Source: Malacoraja senta (lineage: Eukaryota). From it: a stretch of DNA of 64,000 bases. The stretch spans positions 5,768,001 through 5,832,000 of the forward strand of contig CM075994.1 in the NCBI GenBank assembly GCA_038087875.1, read 5' to 3'. The notes under the pieces were generated by a model. The model did no database searches. It saw only the letters and a list, made by a program, of their open reading frames with translations, and was not told where the DNA came from. Of the stretch, positions 10,183 through 24,262 are shown piece by piece. The position numbers and the translations under genes were made by a program. Numbering within the stretch: the first letter of the stretch is position 1; each line of letters starts with the position of its first letter.

Positions 10183-13149
10183 ACAATGTTAGACAAGTAC
10201 ATGGATAGGACAGGGTTGAAGGGATATGGGCCCAAACGCGGGTAGGTGGGATCGTAGAAGATACACCTTTTGCACCTTATCATACGGGTCTTCGTTCTTC
10301 GTTCTTCCTGTATTACGGCGAGCGTAACCGCACACTACGATGTCGTTTGATCGAAATTAAGGCCTTACTTTTTGTTATGCAGAATGTGAGACCAACAAAG
10401 CACAAGATTCTTAACTTTTGGTAAGAACGCAAATAACGGCAGCTGTAGTTCACAACCAATTCACGTTGCATTCAACATCATTTTCAATGGATCTGAATGA
10501 ATGTTCAAGGAAATTACAAAGTGTAAAATAAGTCTGACACAAAATGCTTGAGTAACTCCAGCATGTTTTGTCTATCTTCGGGTTTAACCAGTATCTGCAG
10601 TCGCTTCCTACACACCTGTCGTCTAAGATCCTCATGACATGGCAACTCAAAGATATTGGGCTTTCCGGGACTTATCCCAAATGGTTTCTGAGGACATAAA
10701 ATATATTCGCTTGCTTGAAATAGTACAGTGAGAAGAAATATTTTGGTTTTAACTCAAATCACCCCAGGTAAAATATACAGAGAACTAAAAGGACACGATT
10801 GATGAATCAGTAGGTACGACGCAATTGGATAATAAATGCTCATCCTGTCGCTGCCTTGCCAGTATGGCCGTCTATGGAAGCAGCGGGAGTCGACGGAGAC
10901 CGGTGCACAAATAGACTAATGGGTATTGAGTTTTCACTTGCCTGTCACATACATTCCCAATGCTAACCCCACGACGATCACATGTCGCCTACAGAGTGTT
11001 GATGACACCCAAAGTAAATGTAAGGAACAACGCCCATTTCTCGCCAGTGGGCGTCAGCAAATGCAGCAATAGGCAACCCTCCTTCCCTGTTTTTAACTGA
11101 AATGGCCTGTTTCGCTGTGAAGTTAGTCATCTGAAATATTAATTCGGTTTTTACTTTCCCCTGAAACATTACTTTCAAAGCTTCTCCTTTTGCCTTTTCT
11201 TTCCTGAGCTCTTATGAGCAATTCACACTTTTATGACGAACCTTTACTGATGTTATCACCAGCTACACCCATTAATGGAGACTGGTCCGTAAATAATGGG
11301 ATAACAGTTTGTTCTATCATTTCCACACCACCCATTCTTCAACGTAAAACTAAATTGCTTCTGAATTTGAACTTGCGATGAAGGAGATTCATGCTAATGC
11401 GATCTGAAGCGTTATTTCTGTTTGATTGTCAGAGATGCTGAATGTTGAATGTTCCCACGTTGTCTGTTTTAATCCGATTTTCCAGCATTTGAAGTTCCGT
11501 TTTGACTCTCAACTCGCACTTCATCCCAGAATTAATAGTACTGGGCAATATAACGGATAAACCATAGGTGTAAGAAATATTTTAAGATATGTTACCATAT
11601 TCTATTTTCAGAACTGGCCGCATGTAAAGATGACCTCAAAGCATCAGGTAATCATAACTTTACAATATTTACAATGTGAATGTATTCAAATCATGAATCT
11701 GACGGCATATTCATATTTACTCCTAGCGTTTAAACATTCGAGCGTAAAATGTCAGAATTTCATTCAGTGTTGTGCATATTTACATTGTTTTATTTCGAGC
11801 ATAGAGCCGTGAAACACTGGTTCCGTTGGGAGCATCATGCCTAGTTAAACCAATCTACTCTCAGTGCACGTTGATCAATATCCCTCGATTCCCTGTGTAT
11901 CCATGTACCTCTCTAAAAGATTTGTAAGCGTACTATCGCATTCTGCCTCCAACACACTTGGCCAGCACATTCCAGCACCCGCCACTCTCCGTTTAATAAC
12001 CGTGTCTCAACCACTTCGTGCCGATAGTGCAAGAAGCGAAAATGGAAACGGGGGGGTTGTTTGGTCATATACACGCGTGATAGAAATTGTTACAGGAAAA
12101 TGAGTGGTCGTTGGATTGCTTTTGACCTATCAATGAGTCGTTGGGCTGAAATGTGAATTCATGTGAAATATGAAGCAATGTTGTTTATTGATTTAACACA
12201 TGGCAGCATTGTCAAGGTGTTAATATTTCAGACAATGGATTTTGCACAGAAGGTGAAAATCCACCATGCCTGCTCCGAGAAGGAGGTATAAAATACTTAT
12301 AATTCCTGTCAATCTATTCAGTAAGACCGCCAGCAGCAAGTGAACTGCAAGCTCATCTGCATGACCCAGATTTTGCTGAAAGACCAATGTTTATCGTCAA
12401 AATCAGGAAAAATGATTAGTCGAGGCGCTAGAAAATGGGCTTCATGTACTTTTTAAACAATGGAAATGTTGAAAAATATGAATAATATCAGAGGTGGAGT
12501 AAAGGCTTTCCAGTTGGAGCAAACGCACCATTTGACGTATATTTCGACATGCCTATTGAAAGGGAAACGTAACTTAAAGTACCTTTACCACCCTCCTTAA
12601 AAATGCAAAAGGAAGTGTAGCGCGACATTTTAATTTATTATTCGTATTCTATGTCTGAACAGAAACATCCCTCAGGGAAAATGAATCCGGTAAGTTGAGA
12701 CTGAGGAAGGGTTACGACCTGCGATATCGCTTGTCCATTCCTTCCACAGACGCGCAGACAGTGCCTTGCCCACTGAATTCTCCAGCGATTTGCGTTTTCA
12801 TTAAATCATGTAGAATATGTGTTTAAGGTAATCACGCTATCAACATAATTCTTTATTTGCCATTTTTTAATTCAGTTGTCTTACAGGGCAACAGGTTATC
12901 ATCATAATGCAATCACTTGTGGGGCAAACAGTTCTGAGGAAAGATATAGCTGAACGGATAATCAAAGATATATGCTAACACTGAAATATTTAGATATCAA
13001 TCGTTGCTCCTGCTACATTTGCTGATTTGATATGAATGCGACTCTGGCATGTCCATTTCCCACACAACGTTCCAAATCAAATACTATTCGTCCTCGTTTT
13101 CCACAGCATTCCCTCCATTCCCTTTGACAAAGCAGGCTTGCCCTTAAGT

Positions 13150-15270
13150 TGATGGAGTACTGATGAAGCCACAGGCATTCAACAGCAGTATGGACATAGA
13201 CTGGATGGCTGGATGCATACCGGACCACATCAACTTCTGCAGGGATGTTGTTGTGCCAGTAAGAACTGTTTGTTGCTTTCCCAACAACAAACCCTGGATT
13301 ACAAGCAACATCAAGAGCTTCCTAAACGAGAAAAAAGAGGCTTTCAAGGTTCGTGACCGGAAACAGATCAAGAGGGTACAGAATGACCTGAAAAGGAGCT
13401 TGAAGCAGGCAAAAGGGGACTATAAAAGGAAGCTGGAGAGGAAACTGCAGCACAACAGCATCAAAGATGTGTGGAGAGGAATGAAGACCATCACTGCTTC
13501 AAGGAGAAGAGAAGCGAGCCGTCAGGAGACGTTGACAAGGCCAATGAACCTGTTCTATAACAGGTTTGATCTGGTATCCCCTCCCACTTCTGCAGGTGCA
13601 GCCTCTCCCCCACCATCACCTCAACGAGGCAGCCCCCCAACACCACAGCTGCAGCACATCCTATGCCGGCATCTCCTCAACTGTTCTTCATCTCGGACGT
13701 GGTGAGAGCTGAGCTGAGGACGCTGCGCCCTGGTAAAGCAACTGGCCCTGATGGTGCATGTCACAGGCTACTAAAAGACTTAGCGGCTCAGCTGGCGTAG
13801 CCTCTCCAGACCATTTTCAACCTGAGTCTCCAGTCGGGGAACGTACCAGGTCTGTAGAAAACATCATGTCTCGTGCCGATTTCAAAAGCAGGGCGGCCGA
13901 CCGAGATGAACGACTACAGATCGGTGGCCTTTACATATCATATCATGAAGACAATGGAGCGGCTACTTATTCGTCTCCTGAGACCACAAGTCCAGCACGC
14001 ACTCGATCCACTATAGTTTGCGTACCAGGAGAACATTGGTGTGGATGACGCAATCCTCTACATGCTACACCTGATCTACTCATTTTTGGACGAACCAGGT
14101 GGCTACGTGAGGATTATGTTCTTCGACTTTTCAAGTGCGTTCAACACCATCTAACCTCTGATTTTGAAAGACAAGCTTGAGAAGATGGGGTTGGATTCCC
14201 CCTTTATCTCCTGGATATACAACTACCTGACTGGTCGACCACAGTTTGTTAAGATGTGGGACTGTGTTTCCGGGACAGTGGTGTATAATGTTGGAGCCCC
14301 ACAGGGAACGGTTCTAGCCCCGTTCCTCTTCACCCAGACTTCAAATATAAGTCTGCCACATGCCACATACAGAAATATTCAGATGACACAGCGACTGTGG
14401 CATGTGTAAGGAACGGACTTGACCAGTGCTTTCTCTGTCTGGTGTAAAGAGAACTGTCTCATCCTGAATACAACCAAAACCAAAGAGATGGTTGTTAACT
14501 TTGGCAGTTCCAAGCTCCCCCTTCAGCCGGTCAACACTGCAGGGGTTGACATTGAGGTGCTGCAGACATATATATATGGGAGTGCAGACAAGGTGCTGCA
14601 GACATATATATATGGGAGTGCACCTTGATAACAAACTGGACTGGTTTGTCAACACCGATGCCCTCTACAAAAAAGGACAGAGCAGACTATTTTTCCTCAG
14701 AAGGCTTAGATCCTTCAATGTGCGTAATGATATGCTGTACATGTTTTACAATACTGTGGTTGCAAGTGTCATTTTTTACGCTATTTTCTGCTGGGGCAAC
14801 AACATCAGTGCAAAACCAGCAACAAGTTGGACAAGCTGGTAAAACGAGCTAGCTCAGTGCTGGGGGGGAGAGTGGACTCTGTGGTGGATGCGCTTGACAG
14901 GCGTATAAGGTACAAGGTGCAGGTCATCCTCGACAACTCCGGGCACCCCCTCCATGAAATTCTGGAAGGTCAAATGAGCACACGGAACAACAACCGGCTT
15001 CTCTTCCTGCGCTCTAGAACGGAGCGGTTCAAGAGATCCTTCACCCCTGCAGCCATTAGGTTTTATAATTCGGACCGCTAGGCTGTATGGGGATGCATTT
15101 GCATTTTTAATAGTTAATTATTGGGTCTTTTTAAGTATTTATTGCTTTCAGGTACTGTCCATATTGTATTTGATGTATTTTTTGTCTGCTTAGCTTCTGA
15201 ATGTGTGGGTTTGTTGGTTGTTGGCTTCTGGACATCTGAAATTCCCTGAGGGAATCAATAAAGTATGTAT
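13150..15270 (+). mobile_element. Decayed Rex1/Babar-type LINE, 5'-truncated
   Basis: Frameshifted pieces INFC..VVP...FPNNKPWIT, KATGPDG, FFDFSSAFNTI, GAPQGTVLAPFLF, GVHLDNKLDW..N...KKGQSRLFFLRRLRSFNV, HPLH; 3' end TTCCCTGAGGGAATCAATAAAG. Confidence 0.88.
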
Positions 15271-15302
15271 TATCATTATTATTTTTATTATTATTATTAT
15301 TT

Positions 15303-15344
<42 letters not shown>

Positions 15345-15345
15345 A

Positions 15346-15406
<61 letters not shown>
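15270..15406. repeat. (ATT)n then (AGT)n microsatellite at the Rex1 tail
   Basis: Read directly. Confidence 0.97.
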
Positions 15407-15407
<1 letters not shown>

Positions 15408-15749
15408 TTAAGTTCACAATTTGATTTTATAGGGGCAGGGCATGGCCGGTAGAACGATAAGGAGGGGTGGATCATTGTTCCGTGCGCATCAGTCTCATTT
15501 GGAAGCCCCCCACGTTTTCAGACGCAGATGAGAACTCACAGCTGCTTCCTGGCACTGTATTTGCTGTAAGTGCGATCCTACGTGAGATCGAACAATCCTC
15601 CATTGTCGGGGATTCCCTCTAGGACCGTAACGTCGGGAGATCGTCCCTGTGCTGGTCCATTTAAATGCACAGGCAGCTTGTCAGTTACAACACTGATTTT
15701 TGCTGTTGTTTTTAAATCCGAATAGGCCAGAATAGGTTGGTTGCCAAAC

Positions 15750-16206
15750 ACTTTAATTCCCCTTCCCATTCTCACATTGACCTTTCTATCCTAGGCCTCC
15801 ATTGTCAGAGTGAGGCTAAACGCAAATTGAAGGAAGTCCACCGCATATTTCGCTTAGGCAGCTTACAACCCAGAGATATGAATATTGATTTATCTAACCT
15901 CAGGTAACCCCTGCATTTCATCTCTCTCCACCACCCTACCAAAGTTGCCCCGCTCTCCCGTCGCACCAGCTTTTCATTCTCAGCTAGCAAACAGCTAACA
16001 ATGGCCTTTCCTTTATCATGGTTACTTTTTTTGCATATCTTTCATTTATTTGTTCGAAATATCTCTACATCCCCGTCAATATCTGTCGTTTCCCTTTCCC
16101 CCGACTCTCAGTCTGAAGAAGGATCTCGACCCGAAACGTCACTCATTCCGTCTCACCAGAGATACTGCCTGTCCCGTTGAGGTGCTGCAGCATTTTGTGC
16201 CTATCT
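15750..16206 (+). mobile_element. Penelope-like element 3' fragment (end of GIY-YIG plus terminal repeat)
   Basis: HFNSPSHS..DLSILG and IFRLGSLQP..MNI match the end of the 43629-45716 ORF; followed by the ctgaagaagg..cccgaaacgtc repeat. Confidence 0.85.
16113..16140 (+). ncRNA. Minimal type-I hammerhead ribozyme motif
   Basis: AGU-CUGAAGA-A-GGAUCUCGACCC-GAAAC-GUC-ACU: intact core, GUC triplet, 3-bp stem I, one mismatch in stem II. Confidence 0.65.
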
Positions 16207-18011
16207 TAGGCTTGAACTATTATATTTGAACTTTTACTGTTGTGCTTTTTGACAATATGTCGCCGCAGAATTTTTAACGACATGAAGCTGGATTATGATG
16301 TAATACAAGGAGGTACCGATCCTTTTAAGCGCATGTAGAACCCCGGTGAGAACTTGAACAATAATTTCTTACAAGACTGATTTTATTACAGAAATCAGAT
16401 ACCTCAAACGTTTAGGTGTGTAAGAAAATAATTTAATGCCATTTAATAAAATATACTATGTAGCGCAACGAACGTAATTATAAAAAAAGATATTAAAGGA
16501 AAACATCTCTGAACAACGTTGTTTCATGTTATGAACTAAGTTCGTACAAAATGTTTAGCGTTCCCTGTGCTGTTATTCCTTATTTAATGACGTGTTGGGT
16601 TTTTTAAGACATCAAAAAATGAACTATTATTCTGTTGTGATATCTGACACGATATTTTACTTGTAAAGTTCGAAATTGTGGTTAATTTGCTGGTTGTGGT
16701 GCATGTCGTGGTATCGCGGTAAGTGTCCCGTTAATAAGCAACGGTGCAAATTCCCCCTGAGAAAATAAAATGATCGATTGATTCGGCTCAATGCACAAAA
16801 TCATATGGGGCTTCAACACTTTTGATACTTGATGGCTTTAACAATCCAGACATCGCTACCAAACTAAGCATGTCTGAGCCAGGGGTGATTTAAATTGAAG
16901 CCCCGTGGTGCGTGATAAAACGATATTAGATACGAATTAAACATAATGATGGGAAGGCATTGCATATCGAAGTTGGGGAGATTAATGCTTTGCAGCAGCA
17001 CTAAACCAATTGTCCTGCAGTGTTGTCTAGAGGTATTGCCGCCAGAGTATTTGCCAGATTCCGAAAATAAATCTTCGGAATCCATGCATCTTCTCAAAAG
17101 CCATGGCTGCGTGGATGTTAAAAGAGTGAATAGTTCGTGAAGTTGGCAGCGTACACATCCAGATCAACTCGTTCGCGAGAACTCCGTGGTAGAAGTACAT
17201 TGGAAGAGAGATAAGGATTACTACATTTTGGATACTAGACTTTCAATATCCAGACTACATGTTACATGGAAGGCGATTATGCAACAGCTTTGAAGCATAT
17301 GGATATAAATTCACTCTCCTTCGCTTTTATATTTTGTCCTGGATATAGAAAATAACTAAATTTATATGTGGTTAGCCTTCTCTCCCACGTCATCTATACC
17401 AAGGCTATAGGACTGTCTATCTTTCACTCGAAAGAAGATCCCTGCAGAATTGAGTTTCATCCGTGGGCAGTTGAGGGAAAGACAGGTAAAAGTGCTCTCA
17501 GGGAATTTCGCATCATCCTCATTGGAGACAATTGATCTACCTTTAATCAGACTTGATCGGAATCCAATGTTATATCTTTGCACATATGTTGTTCCCTTTC
17601 TCCTTTATCTGCTTGATTTGTATTCATGTCTAGTCTTTTACTTTACAGTGAAGCACACAAATAATATTTTTCACTGTACTTTGGCAGACGGACAATAACA
17701 CACCAGACTAATCTAATCAACCGAAACATGCGGTGCTCAAAAGGATAGTAATATAGAGGACCAGTTCAGAAAAATAGATCGACAATGTGTATATATCTTC
17801 TGCAAATCACTGAGACATTGGTCTGAAGCCATCTTTCAGTGTTATACGAACACAAAGGGAAAATGTTGCCTCCGTATTCTCAAAATATACTTTATTCGCA
17901 CAAAGTGCTGGAGTAATTCGGAGGGTCAGGTGGCATCTGTGGAGAATTTGAGGTGCTACCTAACCTCTAATTTGCTCCATCATTATGTTTCCTTTTTGTA
18001 ACCCAGCATCT

Positions 18012-18470
18012 GAAACATAGAAACATAGAAACATAGAAAATAGGTGCAGGAGTAGGCCATTCGGCCCTTCGAGCCTGCATCGCCATTCAATATGATTATG
18101 GCTGTTCATCCAACTCAGTATCCTGTACGTGCCTTCTCTCCATACCCCCTGATCCCTTTACCCACAAGGGCCACATCTAACTCCCTCTTAAATATAGCCA
18201 ATGAACTGGCCTCAACTACCTTCTGTGGCAGAGAATTCCAGAGATTCACCACTCTCTGGTGGAAAAAAATTCTCATCTCGGTCCTAAAAGATTTCCCCTT
18301 TATCCTTAAACTGTGACCCCTTGTCCTGGACTTCCCCAACATCGCGAACAATCTTCCTGCATCTAGCCTGCCCAACCCCTTAAGAATGTTGTAAGTTTCT
18401 ATAAGATCCCCCTCAATCTTCTAAATTCTAGCGAGTACAAGCCGAGTCTAACCAGTCTTTCTTCATATGA
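18012..18470 (-). mobile_element. CR1/HER1 3' fragment
   Basis: (AACATAGA)n tail on +; minus ORF RTRGHSLRIKGKSFRTEMR.FFHQRVVNLWNSLP. Confidence 0.92.
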
Positions 18471-18540
18471 ACTTCCTTGTTTCTCTATGGTTTGGTTGAA
18501 ATAACGAATTGCGAAAACTGGTTTAACCCAAAGATCAACT

Positions 18541-18717
18541 CAAAGTGCTGGAGTAACTCAACGGTCAGGCAGAATCTCCGGAGAAATAGATTGGTTGGTG
18601 TTTCGGATCTGGGCTATTCTTCGGGGTCTTCTATGAAGAAGGGCTCCGACCCGAAACGTCACCCATTCATTTTCTCCAGAGATGCTGCTTGACTCGCCGA
18701 TTAATTCCAACACTTTG
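18541..18717. repeat. Fold-back (palindromic) element made of two inverted Penelope terminal-repeat arms
   Basis: Arm 18541-18622 (CAAAGTGCTGGAGTAA...TTCTTC) is an imperfect reverse complement of 18635-18717 (GAAGAA...TTCCAACACTTTG). Confidence 0.8.
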
Positions 18718-19318
18718 TGTCTAAATATTATTTGCTCTTTGTTGAAGAATTTCGTTAATGTCCACATGACTGATGACTGCCTATTTTCAATCGAATGGAC
18801 AGCATTATGGACATGATAGACAAAAATAGCTGTATTCTGTTATGCATCAGGAAATTTTGAGTACACAAGAGTTTTTCCATTTACCTCTCGATATTTGGCT
18901 GGCTGTAAGGTAACATATCCTACGTAACTTAACGATCCATTTCAATTAATAATCGTCATACACTCTTGATGGACAATACTTATCGTGGCAGATACTGGCT
19001 CCAGATAATAATTTCATTTACAAGACTGTCCTGTTTCATCATTTTTTGGTCTCCAGCTTAGTAAATTCAAATACATATGCAACAAACGATACGCTATTGA
19101 TGTATTTACATTCTTGCAACGCGTGATCTCCTATATATCCAACTGCACGAAGTTATTAAAGTATGCAATTTCGTTTTAAGACGCTGGCAAACTGAAGGTT
19201 AAAGTAGACGAATTAGGTGAGAAGGAAACAATATTTTCAAGCCATTCCGAAATTGCAATAACCTGTTGCTATTCACTTGCATTAACCGTGACAAAAAGAG
19301 ATAAGAGCCACCCATAGA

Positions 19319-19452
19319 GGGGTCACGGTGGCGCATCGATAGAGTTTCTGCCTTGTAGCGCTAGAGACCGGGTTCCATCCTACCTACGGGTGCTGTCTGT
19401 ACGGAGTTTGTTCGCTCTGCCGCGAGCGCGTGGGTTTTCTCCGGGTGTTCCC
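19319..19452 (+). mobile_element. HE1-like tRNA-derived SINE, 5' half
   Basis: A-box-like GGTGGCGCA, B-box-like GGTTCCATCC, then GCGTGGGTTTTCTCCGGG core as in 55565-55855. Confidence 0.85.
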
Positions 19453-19454
19453 AT

Positions 19455-19915
19455 TGTAGTGGCCATTTGGCTTTATTTTGTGTGACATAAATTATGGTAT
19501 TTGCCTTTAAATTTAGTCTGCCTGTAATTATGTGGTTGGGATTTATTACGTAGTCGGAGGCGTGTTCGCTGCTGAGATTCTTGCGCAGAAACTGTCACTT
19601 TATAGTTTAGTTTTGGAGCTCAACATGGCAAGAAGGAATACCCTTCGACCATGTGGAGTTTTCTAACGTTTAAAAACGATATGCTGGAGAATGACGGATA
19701 TTAAAGTGTACGAGTCAGAGAAGAAGGTTGGACGACTATCTTATTATTTTTCTTCAACAATAAAGAAACCATTAATCAGAAGACTGTTATGAAGATTTTT
19801 CTTTCGAGAAGCTCTAAAAGTCTCATGGAGAGCTCACATGCGTAATACGACATTCTCCTAACCCCATGCTGTCTCCTAATGGCTAGAGGGAGCAACGATA
19901 TAATAATCTACCACA
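19455..19915 (+). repeat. BEL/Pao 5' LTR (461 bp)
   Basis: TGTAGTGG...CTACCACA, AATAAA at ~19758, followed by PBS-like motif; its 3' end TGGCTAGAGGGAGCAA recurs at 25197. Confidence 0.75.
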
Positions 19916-22900
19916 ATATTAGTGTCGAAGGATACCTCTGACAGGAGGTGGGGCTACGACCCAAAGGTGAGAGTCAGAAGATAAGGCCTGGATCTCGGGA
20001 GGTGTTCGACCAGAAGAACCGGTTCCAGAAGAGGAACTGAAGACAACTGATCTCGGCCAGAGATTGGCTTAGAGATTTTACATCTCCACGACTTATCTGA
20101 AGATCGAAGACATTACCACGGAATCGTGAGTAGATCGACTATTATACTTCTGAATTTGAAAGCTGGAACGCTTTAATTTGAACGGCTTCTGTGAAGGTGA
20201 TTTGATAGCTAGTTCTGCTAGCTTGGAAAATAGCCAAGAAGCTTGTTTTTTCAGTTCAGTCTGGAGAGATCCAGATGCTCGTCCTTGAGTTGTTTTGAAG
20301 TCAAATTAAGACACATTCTTCAGAACTGAATTCATTATTATTTTTATCTAATGTTTTGGAAAATTTTGCTCCGATGTTTACCAACAAGTATAAAGGAAAT
20401 TGACGAAGTCCTTGTTCGTCCAATTTAAAGATTTACCTATCTGCCAAGACCTGTTTAAATCCATGGAGCAAGATGGGGCAGGTGAGTCAGTAGAACCACA
20501 AGGTGGCAGAGCCAGGCTAAAATATCTAGAAGATGCAGATAAGGTCCAAGCTGCCTACCAGAAAGAAACCCTTATGGAAACAGGTTACCGAATCAATTGA
20601 GAAACAGAAGAAACTAACGGAATCAGATGAGAACGCGAAGAGAGTACGATCTAACCTGGTTCAACTATGCAACGTCTGTCATGAGGTTAGAGAGAAACAC
20701 AATGTACTGCTGTATGCGCAGCCGCATCTGTAAGAACACGAGATAATCATCCAGTGGTGGGAAGCAAGGGTGAAGTTATTCAGTGATTTCATGGATGAGG
20801 TGCAGGAGTGGTTATCTGAAATTATACCACAACTTACGCACTCAACAGCTGGAAGTGCGATGCAACAAGGTGCTGAATTGGAAGAGATTACACCACGAGA
20901 TAGTATCTCGAATGTATCTACACGAAGATCAAGACATAAAACTGGTTCAATAGCCAGTTCGGCGTCAAGGGCCCCTGCTCGGTTAAGAGTTGAAGCTGAT
21001 CTAGCCGATCTCTCAATAGAAGCGGATGCCTTGGATAAGAAATCTCAGATTGAGCGAGAAAAATGAGACGAGGCGCCAGGAAAAACAGATGAAGCGACAG
21101 AACGAACAGCTGGAACAAGACACAAAGATGGCGGTGGTCAAATCAAAGAAGGAGATAATGGAAAGTGAGGGTCCAAGATGCAGCTCTAAAGCATCTGATT
21201 TGATGAAATCTGGTTTGAGAGGATTTGCTCAAGGTGAGTCAGCAGTTGGATCAATTCCACAACCGAAGACCACCGGATTTCATGGCTTTGAACACCCATT
21301 GGAACAGTGGAAGATGGGTAAAACTTCATCTTAGCTCATGGGTTCTAGACCGAAACAAGCTACTTATGGGGCTTCTGTAGATGCTCGGGACAAAGCAACA
21401 GCGGAGTACGCTCTTCCGAGGCCTGGAATACAGGCTCGAGCAAGCCAGTATGAGCCACAGAGGCATGTCTATCGTCCGTTGTCGCCAAGCCAAATATATG
21501 AGGATGGATTATTTGCATTGCGAATAGGCAAGCTGAATTCAACCAGATCATAGCTCAACGAACTCTTTCTTTCACTCTCTCTCCAATAGAAATTCCTACA
21601 TATGATGGTGATCATTTGCGGTATGAATCTTTCATAAAGGCTTGGACGAAGTAGTAGAAATGAAAATTACGGGTGAAAGAGAGTGCTTACGATTTATGTT
21701 GCATTACACAAGCGGAACTATTGAGGTACTGTACCTGTAGAAAGTTGTCAAAATGATCCTGACGGTCAAATCTACCAAGATGCAAGAAGGTTAATTAAAT
21801 AACGTGTTGTAATGAACAGAGGATTGCTAACGCACACATGGAGAATGCCCATGCTTAGAAAGATATCATGCCAGAAGATGTGGACGCAATGAGTAATTAT
21901 GCAATATTTCTTCGAAGTTGTTGCAGGTCGATGAAAAATCTCGGCCACATGGAGGAAATGAATCTTGTTACTAATATTAGAGCCATCATTAGTAAGCTGC
22001 GCAGAAGACTGAGAAAAAAGTGGAGATATAAAGCAGGCCGAATATTGGTTGAGAGGAAGCGAGTAGCCATGCTTTCAGACCTGCTGGATTTCTTGGAAAA
22101 GCAAGTACGGTACACGTTAGAGCCACACCACGGGAGTATTGAAGATCATAAACCAATTGCAACTAACAAAGTTTCCACCTTTACTAAAACTGAAAGAAGA
22201 TCAGATTGGCAATTTTGCAACCAATATAATACCTGTGGAAACGACGGGTTTAATGAAAGTATCTACTATCAAGCAAAGGGGATTTTGTTTGTTATGTGAT
22301 GAAGTTTGTCACACCATAAGATGGTGTCAAAGATTCAAGAAGAAGGAACATGGAGGAAGAATGGATTTGTTTTTAAATAAAAGTGGGAAATCTGTTTTGG
22401 ATGTTTGTAAAAAGGACACATGGTGAGAGAATGTAAGAGTCCTATAACCTGTGATAAGTGCAAGCAAAATCATCCTGAAGCACTTCACACTGTAAGGAAG
22501 CCATCAGAGCAAATAGAAGAAAATCTACTACAACACATAGAGAAGAAGGAGCCGGAGCAAACAAAACAGAAGAAGAAGTCAGACACTAGTGATGCTGTGA
22601 CCTCGCCTCAAGTAACTGCTCCTATTGGGGCCGGGGTAGAAACCTGTATCTTCTCTATCTTACCAGTACAGGTAAGGAATAGCAAGACGAATACAATGTT
22701 GGAAACATATGCATTTTTTGGATCACGGAAGTTCGGCTACCTTTTGCACAGAAAACCTGATGAGAAGGCTGGACATCACAGGAGAAGAGATTAAGATTCG
22801 ATTGCGTACAATGAATTAATATAGAGAGTGCATTAGTCATTGCATTACAAATATGGAGATATCCATTCAGGATGAAGATAATTTTATACCATTATCTGAA

Positions 22901-23828
22901 GTATATACACATGAGACCATGCCTGTTGCTCGTCAAAATATACACAGATATGAAGACTTGAGACAATGGCCTTACTTGAAAGATGTTAAAATATCTAAAA
23001 TAAATTCTGGTTTTCACCTACTTATCGGAACGAATGCTTTGAAGGGATTGGAATCTATACAGATTGTGAGGAGCCAAGGTGACGGACCGTTTGCTGAAAA
23101 AACCCTATTAGGGGTTATCTATGGCTCCTTGAGAAGGAACAACGAAAGCGGGAACCGGAAGAACTACCCTGCCGCTGCTGTTAATTAAATATCTCCTGGT
23201 AAATTAGAAAAGCTGTTGATGATGCAATACAATCATGAATTCCATGAAAGTACCAATAAGGAATTCTGAAGAAATTTCCAGAGATGAGTTAAAGTTCTTG
23301 GATATTATGAACTACTCAGTAAAGATGATTGGCGGACATTATTGTCTGGATTTACCTTTCATACAAGAAAGTGTTAGTCTGCAGAATAATCGTCGTATGG
23401 CAGAGCAACGCACCCAGAATTTGAAACGCAAGTTCGGCAAGAATACGACATATTAAGAGGAATATACGTCCTTCCTACAGAATATGATTGATAATGAGTA
23501 TGCCGAAATGGTACCAACAAACCTACTAAATCGAAGTGATGGAGTGCTTTGGTACATTCCGCACCATGGGGTGTGTCACTCGAAGAAAGGGTGGTCATTG
23601 ACCGTGTTTCATCAAGTTAAAGGAACAATACTTAACTGTCAACTACTGCAAGGTCCAGACCTTACCAACTCACTCATTGGAGTTCTCATTAAATTCAGAC
23701 AAAAACCAATTGCTTTGATAGCTAATATCAGAGCGATGTTTCATCAAGTCAAAGTATCAGAAACACATATTGACTACCTGCAATTCTTATGGTGGCCTGA
23801 AGGGGATGTACAACAAGATCTTGTTGAA

Positions 23829-24262
23829 GGTACACAAAAATGCTGGAGAAATTCAGCGGGTGCAGCAGCATCTATGGAGCGAAGGAAATAGGCAACGTTT
23901 CGGGCCGAAACTCTTCTTCAGACTGATGGGGGGTGGGGAGAAGAAAGGAAAAAGGCGGAGGAGGAGCCCCAGGGCTGAGGAATGGGACGAGACAGCCCGA
24001 GGGCTGAGGAAGGGGAGGAGACAGCAAGGGCAGGAGACAGCAAGGGCTAACAGAATTGGGAGAATACAATGTTCATGCCCCCAGGATGCAGACTCCCTAA
24101 GCGGAATATAAGGTGCTGTTCCTCCAATTTCCGGTGTTGCTCGCTCTGGCCATGGAGGATACCCAGGACAGAGAGGTCGGATACGGAATGGGAGGGGGAG
24201 TTGAAGTGCTGAGCCACCGGGAGGTCAGGTTGGTTACCAGCATCTGCAGTTCCATCTTAAAC
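23829..24262 (-). mobile_element. Penelope-like 3' fragment nested in BEL RT, partly inverted
   Basis: 23829-24236 is the reverse complement of the 45560-45950 region; 24237-24262 is the extreme tail in + orientation; 16-bp direct repeat ACAAGATCTTGTTGAA at 23813-23828 and 24263-24278. Confidence 0.9.
23894..23921 (-). ncRNA. Minimal hammerhead ribozyme motif
   Basis: Minus strand CUGAAGA-A-GAGUUUCGGCCC-GAAAC-GUU; one stem II mismatch. Confidence 0.55.

Noticed and set aside
9762..10283. ORFs spanning the gap
   Set aside because: Artefacts of the 200 N; the two flanks are CR1 pieces in opposite orientation.
14555..14622. 36-bp-period duplication in Rex1 (similar short ones at ~26494-26535 and ~54930-54986)
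   Set aside because: Ordinary local tandem duplications with no sign of function.
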